Assembly (NCBI RefSeq): GCF_006345805.1
Contig: NC_043004.1
Span: 72,974,001 to 73,038,000 of the forward strand
DNA length: 64,000 nt
Reading direction: 5' to 3'
From: Octopus sinensis
Taxonomy: Eukaryota
Notes under the pieces: generated by a model
Told to the model about the DNA's origin: nothing
The model's input: the letters and a program-made list of their open reading frames with translations, nothing else
Databases searched by the model: none
Made by a program: the position numbers and the translations under genes
Shown here: positions 1 to 10,989 of the stretch, one piece after another
Layout: each line of letters opens with the position of its first letter
Numbering within the stretch: position 1 is the first letter of the stretch

Positions 1-75
1 GGTAATTATGTTAGGAACAGGTGTAAAGTTATATCATAGCAAGAAGAATAAACAAGTTCACGTAAAAAGTCAGAA

Positions 76-136
76 ATGTGTGTGTGTTGTGTGTGTGTGT
101 GTGTGTGTGTATGTGTGTGTGTGTGTGTGGTGTGTT

Positions 137-167
<31 letters not shown>

Positions 168-225
168 TTGTGTGTGTCTGTGTGTGCGTGTTGTGTGTGT
201 GTGTTTGTGAGTGTGTGTGCGAGTG
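76..225. repeat. (GT)n microsatellite
   Basis: Direct reading; source of the CV/TH-repeat ORFs in the track. Confidence 0.95.
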
Positions 226-319
226 TTTGTCAGAAAAAATATGTTTGTGCATTAAATATATACATATACAGAAATATACATAAACACTTATAGATATATG
301 CGTTGTGTGTGCTTACATA

Positions 320-572
320 TATACTCTTTACTCTTTTACTTGTTTCAGTCATTTAACTGCGGCCCTGCTGGAGCACCGCCTTTAGTCGAGCAAATCGACC
401 CCCAGGACTTATTCTTTGTAAGCCTATTGCTTATTCTATCGGTCTCTATTGCCGAACCGCTAAGTTACGGGGACGTAAACACACCAGCATCGGTTGTCAA
501 GCAATGTTTGGGGGACAAACACAGACACAAACATATACACACACATACATATATATATATACACACACACAC

Positions 573-635
<63 letters not shown>

Positions 636-1621
636 CAGCCGAAATTGCTAGGATGATCCGGTTCTTGACTGAAGATTGAAGGCTTCGAATGTCCCGTCCG
701 TGTTTTTTGTATCGTCTTCTAAATGTTTTACGTTCTTGTCCCATTTTGTATTTTTCTACATATAATATATATAGCGGCGTCCGTACCCTCTTTGGCCTTA
801 TGTAAGTACATATTCCTTTAAATTTGGTACGACTCTATAACACTTTCTCTCTCTCCTACATTACTCTGCCTTTCACACTTTGCACTCTACTTTGATCTGT
901 CTTTTTTTCTCTCTCTCTCTCTCTCTACTTCTCCTTTTCTCCTTTCTTGCCTCTGATTCTTTGGTCTACTCTTCCCCCACTCTCTCACATTTCTCTGTCT
1001 TTTTCACTTTGCACTCACTGATTCTGTCGCCAAGCCAATCCTTGGCACGCTCTCTTTCTTCTCCCCTCTTTAATTCCTTCTTTCTCTCTCTTCTCCCCCC
1101 TTTGTTGCCTTCGTCCCTCTTTTTCTCTCTCTCTTTGATTCCTTTGCCCCCTTTTTTTCTCTCTCTTCTCCTCTCACGTGACCGCTGGTCAACCAGCCTT
1201 TCGGCTTCTAACCAGCGCCATGAGATGATCGTTGTCTTCGTCTGCCGAAGAAGGCATTTTTTTCCAAATACGCCAGCTAAACTAAGTTGTACTGTCTATT
1301 AGTCGTAAGACACCCGCTGTTTTTGTCCTGTTTTTACCATTATTGCTTTTTGCATTTTATATTCGTATGGCATCGTCCGTTTTTCTGTCCCTGTTTCGTA
1401 TATATTCGATCCTTTTTCCAAGAAATCTAATGCTCGTAGCTTAGTGTTTCCTTGGGGCTGGCCGGATCGGAGCGATCTCAAGATTAATCAGCCGAAATTG
1501 CTAGGATGATCCGGTTCTTGACTGAAGATTGAAGGCTTCGAATGTCCCGTCCGCGTTTTTTGTATCGTCTTCTAAATGTTTTACGTTCTTGTCCCAGTTT
1601 GTATTTTTCTACATATAATAT

Positions 1622-1671
<50 letters not shown>

Positions 1672-1834
1672 GACGGGTTTCTTCCAGTTTCTGTCTACAA
1701 AATTCCCTCACAAGGCTTTGGTCGGCCCGAGGCTATAGTAGAAGACATTTGCCCAAGGTGCCACGCAATGAAACTGAACCCAGAACCATGTGGTTGGTAA
1801 GCAACCTACTTACCACACACCCACTCCTGCGCCT
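320..1834 (-). mobile_element. tRNA-derived SINE, family A (CORE-like body), split by an insertion in its internal microsatellite
   Basis: Head half at ~1670-1834 (reverse complement AGGCGCAGGAGTGG...GGTTCTGGGTTCAGTTTC) and tail half at ~320-520. Together they match intact copies at 24008-24422 and 57948-58374. Confidence 0.8.
632..1625 (+). mobile_element. Penelope-like non-autonomous fragment with ~135-bp direct repeats
   Basis: ATCAGCCGAAATTGCTAGGATGATCCGG...TTTCTACATATAATAT at ~632-770 and ~1488-1625, with a pyrimidine-rich interior. A third solo copy lies on the minus strand at ~16830-16950. The Penelope assignment is inference from the CTGAAGA...CGAA end motif. Confidence 0.5.
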
Positions 1835-1852
1835 ATGTATATATTCTACCAT

Positions 1853-1884
1853 TATGACCCGTCGTTGCCGGGTCATAGTGCTAG
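1853..1884 (+). mobile_element. Helitron-like 3' terminus
   Basis: 9-bp hairpin TATGACCCG-7 nt-CGGGTCATA followed by GTG-CTAG then T. Confidence 0.4.
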
Positions 1885-1989
1885 TGCATGTATATATGTG
1901 TATATATATGTGTACATATTACATGTACATCTATATATATACACCTACACATAAAATACAAAATACAAAGTTATATCTTGATATCGCTA

Positions 1990-2765
1990 GTGATAACAAT
2001 ACTCAAAATATATAACACTGGAATTGTAGGCCCGTCTCTTGCAATTTTGATCAATTGTATCTTGCCCTCCCTCTTGTATAGAAGTGTGGCTACAATCCAG
2101 CCTACCTCTACTTCTGGGGGGGACATTTATAATTTTTATCCGAGACGTCCTACGCCCCAGATATAAAAGGGTGAAAATAAAATACTTCCACTTTGCAAGG
2201 TTCGAGTCAAGTACTCCCTTGCACGCTCCGTTGACTCGAACCTTGCTTCTATTGTGGTGAATTTATCGCCTCTGGTTAGATATAGTCCTTTATGTATAAT
2301 AGTCATATGGACTTTTCCATTTCTGCACGCTAATTTTATTTTTAATTTATTCCCATTCATGTGAAACAACTTACTCAAGTTCAAGTCATTGATGCAATTT
2401 TATACCAATTGCTATTTTTACTTTTGTTATGTTACGATTATATTATACTTTAGTTTGATTTTAATTATTACTTACTACATATAATTCAAATGTTATTATT
2501 GTTTTTATCGTTAAAGTGAAAGTATCTGACATAAAATAGAGAAATGTTTTTGTTTCACTTTTAACACGTAATATTGAAATAGTGGAGAAGATATGATATT
2601 GCTATGGGCTCGCTCTAGGCAATAAGTTGAACTTTTTTTGCCCATGAAACTACATGGACCCTAAGTAAGGCATGTGTAAAATGTGAATGAAATTGGTTGT
2701 GTAGTTCTCAAGTTTTAGGGAAACACACAGACAGACAGACGCACATTCTCAGTTTATTATATTAT
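1990..2765 (-). mobile_element. Probable non-autonomous Helitron/HINE-like fragment
   Basis: Minus strand begins ...ATAATAAACTGAGAATGTGCGTCTGTCTGTCTGTG, a (CTGT)n-bearing 5' end like Lep1-type Helitrons. Internal perfect 16-bp inverted repeat. No 3' CTAG end found. Confidence 0.35.
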
Positions 2766-2812
2766 ATATATATATATTATTATATTATATATATATATAT
2801 ATATATACATAC

Positions 2813-2843
<31 letters not shown>

Positions 2844-2972
2844 CATATACATATATGTGGTGTGTGTGAAATATTTTTAAGCATGTTGTTGTTTTATTAA
2901 CACTGTTACAAGCTGTGTGTCTGTAGAGCATATGTATGTTTGTATACATACACACACACACACACACACACG

Positions 2973-3322
2973 GCGTGACTGTGGTAAGAAGTTTGCTTTC
3001 CAACTACATGGTTCCGGGTTCAGTCCCACTCCATGTCACCTTGGGCAAGTGTCTTCTACAATAGCCTCGGACGGACCAAAGACTTGTGAGTAGATTTGGT
3101 AGACGGAAACTGAAAGAAACTCGTCGTATATATATATGTATATGTTTGTATGTCTGTATTGCCCCCCCCCCCCAACGTCGCTTGGCAACCGATGCTGGTG
3201 TATTTACGTCCCCATCATTAGTGGTTCGGCAAGGGAAACCGATAGAATATGTACTAGGCTTACAAAGAATAAGTCCTGGGGTCGATTTGCTCGACTAAAG
3301 GCGGTTCTCCAGCATGGCCGAC
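2973..3322 (+). mobile_element. SINE family A copy
   Basis: tRNA-like head with GGTTCCGGGTTCAGTCCC box B, CCTTGGGCAAGTG CORE-like motif, internal microsatellite and family tail. Confidence 0.85.
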
Positions 3323-3324
3323 GC

Positions 3325-3500
3325 CGGTCAGTCGAAGGTGAGAAGCTAGATGCAGGAGGAAAGAGTGAATGAAAGTTGTGGCGAAAGAGTTCACCATTAC
3401 CTTCTGCCTGAGCCGCGTGCAGCTTAGGTGTTTCGCTCATAAGCACACACATCGCCTGCTCTGAGTCCGCTGCTCTAACCACTAGGCCATGCGCCTCCAC
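3325..3500 (-). mobile_element. SINE family C (GGAGGCGCATGGCCTAGTGG head), partial
   Basis: Reverse complement matches the copies at 8778 and 57626. Confidence 0.75.
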
Positions 3501-4614
3501 CGATATATATATATATATATGTATACACATACATATATACATACATACATGTATGTATAAAAACAAATTAATTATATAATTCATATTGCCAAGTTATCCA
3601 GTTATCTGCTAATGTGAATTTCGACAAACGTCTCGCCATTTTCTAGTTCGGGATAAAGTTTATGTTTATTTTGTCTGAGGAATTGGCTAAATGTCGGAGA
3701 AAACTCCAGAATAACAGACTATGGATCACCCCACAAACTTTTGTATGCGTGTTTGTGCGTATGTGTGTGTATATGCGTGTGAGTGTATGTATGTATGTAT
3801 GTACATACGAATACATATACATATATATATACATTGATATGAACATACCTATACATATATGTATACGCACATTTATACATACACAGAGATATGTATTCAC
3901 ACGTAATATATATTTATATATACGTAGGTGTGCATAATATGTACATGTATGTTTGTATTTTTATGCATATATAGAGAGAATAAGAGAGAAAGAGAGAAGC
4001 ATAGGAAGAGTGAGTTTTTGTCTGTGTGTGTGTGTGTTAGGTTAAATGTATGTAAGTGGGTGTTTTTATGTGTTTGGTATATCTATGTGTATATATGTGA
4101 GTAAAATTGTTTTCGAATGAATATGTGAGGGTATTTGTGGATGTGTGTGAATGTTTGTGCGGGTGAGCATGTGCATGTGTGTGCGTATGTGTATTTGTGT
4201 GTGTGTACCAGCTGATTGTCCAGCTGGCCTCTCTGAGAACTAAAAACATCCGCTAAATCTTATGGACCGCATTCCTGTTAATCAGATGAAAAATTAAGAA
4301 GAAATAACATGTCTGTTTGCGCAGCTTCACAACTCTAACACGTGACTAATTAACGTGACGTAAAACAACATTGCCATATATAAACAACTTTTCTTCTTTC
4401 ATTCGTTTCCAGATGTACCCTAGATAAACAAGTTCGAATAGCAACCAGAGTCAATTAATTTTATATGTCGGCTAATATATAGGCTCTGTTTCAAATTTAG
4501 CTACCTCACTGATTAAAAGGGCGGGTACCAAATTGTGGGCGGCGAGGTGATATATATATACAGATATACACACGCACACACACACAGAATCTCACACACA
4601 CACACACACACACA

Positions 4615-4892
4615 CATGTGGCTTAGTGGTTAGGGCATTCGGCTCCAGATTATGAGTTCAGTTCCCGGCGACGCTTTATGTCCTTGAGCAAGACACTTAA
4701 TTTCACGTTGCTCCAGTCCACTCAGGTGGCAAATATGATTAGTACTTGTACTTCAAAGGAGCAGGTTGTCACACTCTGTGCCACGCTGAATCTCCCCGAG
4801 AACTACGTTAAGGGTATACGTTAATTTCACGAGCAAGCTGTTCCGCTGATCGTATCAGCTCGGACCCTCGTCGTCATAACCGACGGAGTGCT
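4615..4892 (+). mobile_element. tRNA-derived SINE (family C-related)
   Basis: TGGCTTAGTGG box A, GAGTTCAGTTCC box B; tail CCTCGTCGTC-TAACCGACGGAGTG shared with the 8778-9162 copy. Confidence 0.75.
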
Positions 4893-4927
4893 ATATATAT
4901 ATATATATATATATATATGATAGATCA

Positions 4928-5140
4928 TCATGATAGATCGTTAGCCACTACACACATTTTTTCTCTCCTTGATTCTCTCCTTGATTCTCTCCTTGTTTTT
5001 TCTGTGTCCCTTTCTGTAGAAGAGCGTAGGCTCGAAGCGTAAAAGACTTTTTCTATTCCTGAGCGTTATACTAATAGATCTGTTTGTTTTGTACACCACC
5101 TGTCTTCGTCTTTTGGTTTTTTTTTTCGTAAACTCTCCCT
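4928..5140 (+). mobile_element. Short Penelope-type repeat with a degenerate minimal hammerhead motif
   Basis: CTGTAGA-AGAGC-GTAG-GCTC-GAAGCGT at 5014-5040. Related copies at 8528-8726, ~16232-16325 (-), ~30860-31030, ~47530-47700 and ~48500-48690. Confidence 0.55.
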
Positions 5141-5391
5141 AAATATATATATATATATAATTGTTAAAGAGAACAACAAACGTTAAGCCAAATATGCTAT
5201 TATTTCTATTGAGATGTCTTGCCTTGATGTTTGTTGTCCTCTTTAACAATTATATATCCGCTATATCGGAAGTCTACAATGGCTCCATAACTGCTGTCTC
5301 GATTATAACCTTGGAGCCCTGGTAATCCGTTATAGCACTTACCTAGCGTACCTAGTCGTTTAGTTCACCAATGAACTAAACACCCATACTT

Positions 5392-5447
<56 letters not shown>

Positions 5448-5945
5448 ATCCGACGTGTTGATGTGTTTCGCTTTCGATTCATAGGCTGGGTAGCAACATT
5501 AATATGCATTTCGTAGCTTATGTTCTTGGCAATGATAAATTAAGTAAGAGTAAGCACCGTCTCGAATCCTTGGCCTCAAAGGGCCGGTTACCCAGTTTCC
5601 ATGACGTATAAGTGACCAAGTTCACAACTTTCCCCTCTGAACGGGACACCAGTCCGTGGCAGGGTTTCTCATTTACAGATAAATGGCCTGGACCGACGTA
5701 AAATCAAATGTTTTTCTCAAGAACATAATGTACCGCTCCGTTTAGGAATCGAAACCACGATGTTGCGATCGTAAGAGCAACACCCTAACCACTATACCAT
5801 GCGCATTCATTCGGCAATGATAAAATTACGAAGACCTCGAAACAAATATCAAAACTTTGTTGTTCGTTCGAAATCAAGAAAGATGATTGCACTTCGTCGA
5901 AAAAGTTTCCGATCCAACAGCTAACGAAAATGTTTTTGCGGAACT

Positions 5946-6001
5946 GGATTGCTCTACCTGGATCGCTCTACCTGGATCGCTCTACCTGGATCGCTCTACC
6001 T
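5946..6001. repeat. 14-bp tandem repeat (GGATCGCTCTACCT) x4
   Basis: Direct reading. Confidence 0.9.
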
Positions 6002-7629
6002 GCTGACAAATAGTAGACAAATCTTCAAATTACATTCGATTAACTTTTAAAAGGGAGAGGATTATATTAGATAACTTAGTCTTAGATACCTCTAAATAAA
6101 GTGGGTGGTCACGGCTAGAATACTTTTGATCAGGAGACTGGTCGATTAGGTTTGACTCTGAGCTAAACAATAATAGCAATAACAACAGGCAAAGTATGAA
6201 CGTACTTAGCTTTCGATAACTATTCTAGCGGTTTATAAATTCACGAACTGGCTTCGACACCGTCTTATCCCTCCGAGTTTTTACTCAGCAGAACATCGAG
6301 GATGCGAACTCGGTTTGTATTCATTTCAGCTTTGTATACTGGAGCAACGTGAAATGCAGTATCTTGTACAAGGACGCGGTGCACCGGCCTGTTCAGGAAT
6401 CGAACACACAGCCTTATGAATGTGAGTCCAACACACTTTAATCACTTTAAAGCAGCTTTACTTTTTAACAGATACTTAACTTAATATTCCCAAATAAAAA
6501 TTGTAATGTTGCACGGTATATTTACAAGTATAGCTGCCTGTGCACACACACACACACACATACTCACCCACACACACACACACACATACTCACCCACACA
6601 TACTCACACAATGTATGAATAGAGTTCACACAGGTTTCTGTGTGTGCAATTAAACGGAAGAAAAGTAGTGAATACTGTGAAGTTGAGTGGAATAAGAGTT
6701 ATTCAATGTTAAATTTGATTGATAACTTCTGGTTGAGTTATATTTATAAATGGCAGTTTTCGACTGTGAAACTGGACAGCGAAACGACAATGCTGCTCTC
6801 ACCTGGAAACCAACTATACTGGCTTAGAACCGAAGTAAATATAAATGGAAATTCAACTATATAAATAAATTAGGGTGTGATACAATAGCATAATAAGAAA
6901 GGAAAAACAAAATTATAATAGAAATGTTTTTTATATGATGTAATATATAAATAATGGAAGTTGTAAAAATCGCTAAAATCTGTAAAAATCAACGAAAATC
7001 AAGGATGTCAAAATTGGATGTGCTGGGAGAAGGGTTTAAAAAGGAAAGGGTCTTAGTATATACATGACTGATGTGGGCATAAAGTAAGGGAGTAATAAAA
7101 TATATAAAAACAAAATTATAATGATTAAATAATTGTCTTTCTACTATAGACACAAAGACTAAATTTTGCGGGAGGGGTCTAATTGATTACATCGTCCCCA
7201 GTACTTAACAGGTACTTGTTTTAGTGATTGTGAAAGTTGAATTAGCAAAGCCAGCCAGACAAAATTTGACATCAATACGTAAAGGCAGAAGAAATGCCAC
7301 TAAGCATTTTGTCCGGCATGTTAACGATTCAGCCTGTTTGTCATCTTATACAAAAATCAAATAAGATCTCTTCTATAGACATAAGGCCAAATACCAGTAC
7401 TTAACTGGTATTTTATCTTATCGACCTCGGAAGAATGAATGGTAAGAGCAAAGTTGTCCCAGATAGGATTTCGAAACCAGAACGAAAGAAGCCGAAACAA
7501 ATGCTGTAAGCGTTGTAAGGTAAATTGTCCAACACTCTACCGATTTTACAAATTTATTGCTTCGAAGATTTCTGAGATAAAAAAAAATCTGTAAGCATTC
7601 GAACGTTTTATGTACTGAGATGTTTCAGA

Positions 7630-8021
7630 GGTTAGAACAAATATTTCCACTTGGTTCCAGGTTCAGTTCCACAGCGTGGAATTTTGAGCAAGTGTCTTCT
7701 ACTATAGCCTCGGACCGACCAAAGCTGTGTGAGTAGATTTGGTAGACGGAAACTAAAAAAAGCCCGTCGTATATATGTATATATGTGTGTGGAGGGGTGT
7801 CTGTGTCTATGTCTGTGTTTGTCCCCCCAACATCGCTTGACAACCGATGCTGGTGTGTTTACGTCCCCGTAACTAAGCGGTTCGGCAAAAGAGACCGATA
7901 GAATAAGTACTAGGCTTACAAAGAATAAGTCCTGGGTTCCATTTGCTCGACTAAAGGCGGTGCTCCAGTATGGCCGCAGTCAAATGACTGAAACAAGTTA
8001 AAGAGTAAAAGAGTAAAAGAG
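7630..8021 (+). mobile_element. SINE family A copy
   Basis: Body and tail match the family, ending TGACTGAAACAAG-TAAAAGAG repeats. Confidence 0.85.
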
Positions 8022-8487
8022 TTGTATTGTGATAGTCACTATTTAGCAGAGATGTGTTACCGTAGGAGACCGCCTTATCAAAAATGTCTTTAAAGAGCTA
8101 GGTTAAGGATACTAATCAGGTCTTTCAAGCTTATAGGAAATGATTGGAAAGTCTATTGATATATCGTAGGTTTAGCAGTCCAACTAAAATATCTAGATTA
8201 GTTAAACTAATACCTACAGTTATTTTGTGTGCTATGCAATAAAAAAAAATTGCGATTAGGTTCGATGAGAAAGTGTGCAAAGTACAACGATCACATTGTT
8301 ATGGCACTGCTAAACCATCATTTTGATATAGACCGATACTGTGTTTAGGATATCTCTATTTTAGGAACGCAAAATATCATATATATATATATATAAATTA
8401 GACAAAAAACACTATTATGCAATTCAAATATATACATATATATATATATATATATATGAATTAGACAAAAAACACTATTATGCAATT

Positions 8488-8529
<42 letters not shown>

Positions 8530-8722
8530 GCCATGATAGATCGCTAGCCACTACATTTTTTCTTTATTTTCTGTCCCTGTTTATTTCTGTGTTCCTCTCT
8601 GTGGAAGGGCGTAGGCTCGAAACTTTAACATTTTTTCACTCCCCGAGCGTTAAACTAATACATCTCTTTGTTGTCTACACCACCTGTCTTCGTCTTTTGT
8701 TTTGATTTTTTTTGTGAATTCT

Positions 8723-8766
<44 letters not shown>

Positions 8767-8777
8767 ACACACCTAAC

Positions 8778-9162
8778 GTGGAGGCGCAATGGCCTAGTGG
8801 AGTGGTTAGGGCACCGGACACACAGTCGTAGGATCGCGGTTTCGATTCCCAGACCGGGCGTTTTGGGTGTTTATTGAGTGAAAACACCTAAAGCACCACG
8901 GGGTTCCGGCAGTGGTGGGGGCGAACCCTACTGTAGTCTTTCACCACAACTTTCTCTCACTCTTTCCTCCTGTTTCTGTTGTACCTATATTTCAAAGAGC
9001 CAGCCTTGTCTCACTCTGTGTCGCGCTGAATTTCCCAGAGGACTACGTTATGGGTACACGTGTCTGTGGAGTGCTCAGCCACTTGCACGTTAATTTCACT
9101 AGCAGGCTGTTCCGTTGATCGGTTCAACTGGAACCCTCGTCGTCGTAACCGACGGAGTGCCA
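8778..9162 (+). mobile_element. SINE family C copy
   Basis: GTGGAGGCGCAATGGCCTAGTGG box A and GGTTTCGATTCCC box B. Related copies at 3325, 29085-29329 (-), 35032 and 57626. Confidence 0.85.
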
Positions 9163-9541
9163 CGAATATATAGCTAATATGTATAATATATATATGTATG
9201 ATATATAGATATCTAATATGTATAATACATACATATGTATATCAACAAACCTACACGCACGCATACACATACGCATATATTCATATAATGTATATGGACA
9301 GATCATACACATTAGTGGTGTCGAATTAGGTGTGAAACTTATTTTTAAAAAATCGCTAACTATGATATATGTAAGGTGTTTAATATTGTTAAGCAATACT
9401 ACATTAATGTGCGTGGATATAAATATATACAAAATATATATCTGTATGCAAAAATAGATAGATAGATAGATAGATATATAGATAGATAGATATATAGATA
9501 GATAGATATATAGATAGATAGATATATAGATAGATAGATAT

Positions 9542-9582
<41 letters not shown>

Positions 9583-9819
9583 CATTTTTTTATACATATG
9601 AACGCATACATACATTGATGCGAATATAAAATAGGCATGCCTACATACTTACATACATATATACATGCATATATATATATATATATATATGTATATGTAG
9701 GTATGTATTTATATGTGCACACATACACACGCTCGCACGCACGCGCGCACACACGCACACACGCACACTCAGATTTGTCCTAGAGCCCATAGAAGATTGT
9801 TTTTGGTCAACCATCTATC

Positions 9820-10989
9820 ATGTCAGCTACCTACAGATCGAAACTGAGATCTGCAAGAAGGGCTTCTCATCAGGATGATGGTCCTACCAACAGTCAGCTC
9901 AACGAGCAGTTGCTGTTGCTCAAACAAGAGGTAGAGCACCTAAAGTCTGTTGTTGCTCTTTTACTGAATAAACAGTCTCCTATTGATGCAGAGCCACCCT
10001 TGATTTCTTCCCTGGAGACGTCCAAACCGAAGGGAACAAAATCGAAGCGGCCAAGGAAGGCGAAGGAACCGGCGGTCGTTTCCGCACATGATCGTTCCTG
10101 TGCGGATTCTTCCTCATCTGTCTTTTCGGTCCCGGAGGTTCCCCAATCTAATTTGAGGAGCGTAGACTCAAACCCACCTGAAGACCGTTGTTCTCCCAAG
10201 AAGAAGAAACGTAGTCAAAACTCCAGTGGGGAAGATTTAGCTATGAAACCTGATCACGATAAAATCTGTTTGGATTCTCCGTCACTTGTCCTTCCCATTA
10301 ATGCCATTGCTCAACCAATTCTGAACGATCTCGATGTGAGTTCATCTGGGGAGTGGTGCTCCCCCAAACCGAAGAAGAGGCAGTGCAGTTCCAAACCAGG
10401 CGGGAAAGTTATGACCACTAAACCCATTCCGATCGACCCCACAGGCCGACATAAGGCTGATGGCTATGAAACCACCCTTTCGAAATCATCCAACGAAGAA
10501 TCGAATACCGCAGCCCGTAGTAGAGAACATTTTGCCCACTCAAGATCAGCAATAATTTATGGTAAAGCTGAATCCACCTGTGATACAGGCATAAACCGCC
10601 TAAAAGAAGACATTAATTTTGTTTCCATTTTAGTTGGAGAATTGTTCTCTGTGAACGAAAATGTCAGTATCCATAAGGTCGCTCGGCTAGGAAGATTCCA
10701 AGCGAACTCAACCTCAGATACTAGACCACGCCCAATAAGGGTAATCTTTTCTTCCGATCAGGAGGCTTCAACCTTTCTGAACAGAGCTTAGACGCATGCC
10801 TGGGAGGACCCCAATATGGGTTTCCGCGAGGAATACTCACTGAGAGAGAGAATTCGCCGGAGAAACCTAATATCCGAACTAAAGATGAGAAAACAGATGG
10901 GAGAGAAGGGTTTACGCATCCAAGATGGACAAATAATCAAGTCCTACCTCTGGTCCCATGCTGTAGTGCTGACAGGGAAAGTGAATTGA
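9820..10989 (+). pseudogene. LINE ORF1 (coiled coil + RRM-type), premature TAG at 10789-10791
   Basis: Motifs AIIYGKAE, VARLG, RPRPIRVIF. Reading through the stop gives ...REEYSLRERIRRRNLISELKMRKQMGEKGLRIQDGQII, the usual CR1/L2/jockey ORF1 C-terminus. Confidence 0.8.

Noticed and set aside
4330-4460. Possible promoter or splice acceptor (CACGTG, TGACGT, TATATAAA, pyrimidine tract + CAG)
   Set aside because: Short motifs are expected by chance in AT-rich DNA, and no supportable exon follows.
8398-8490. Duplicated ~33-bp segment between (TA)n runs
   Set aside because: Simple slippage duplication; no further signal.
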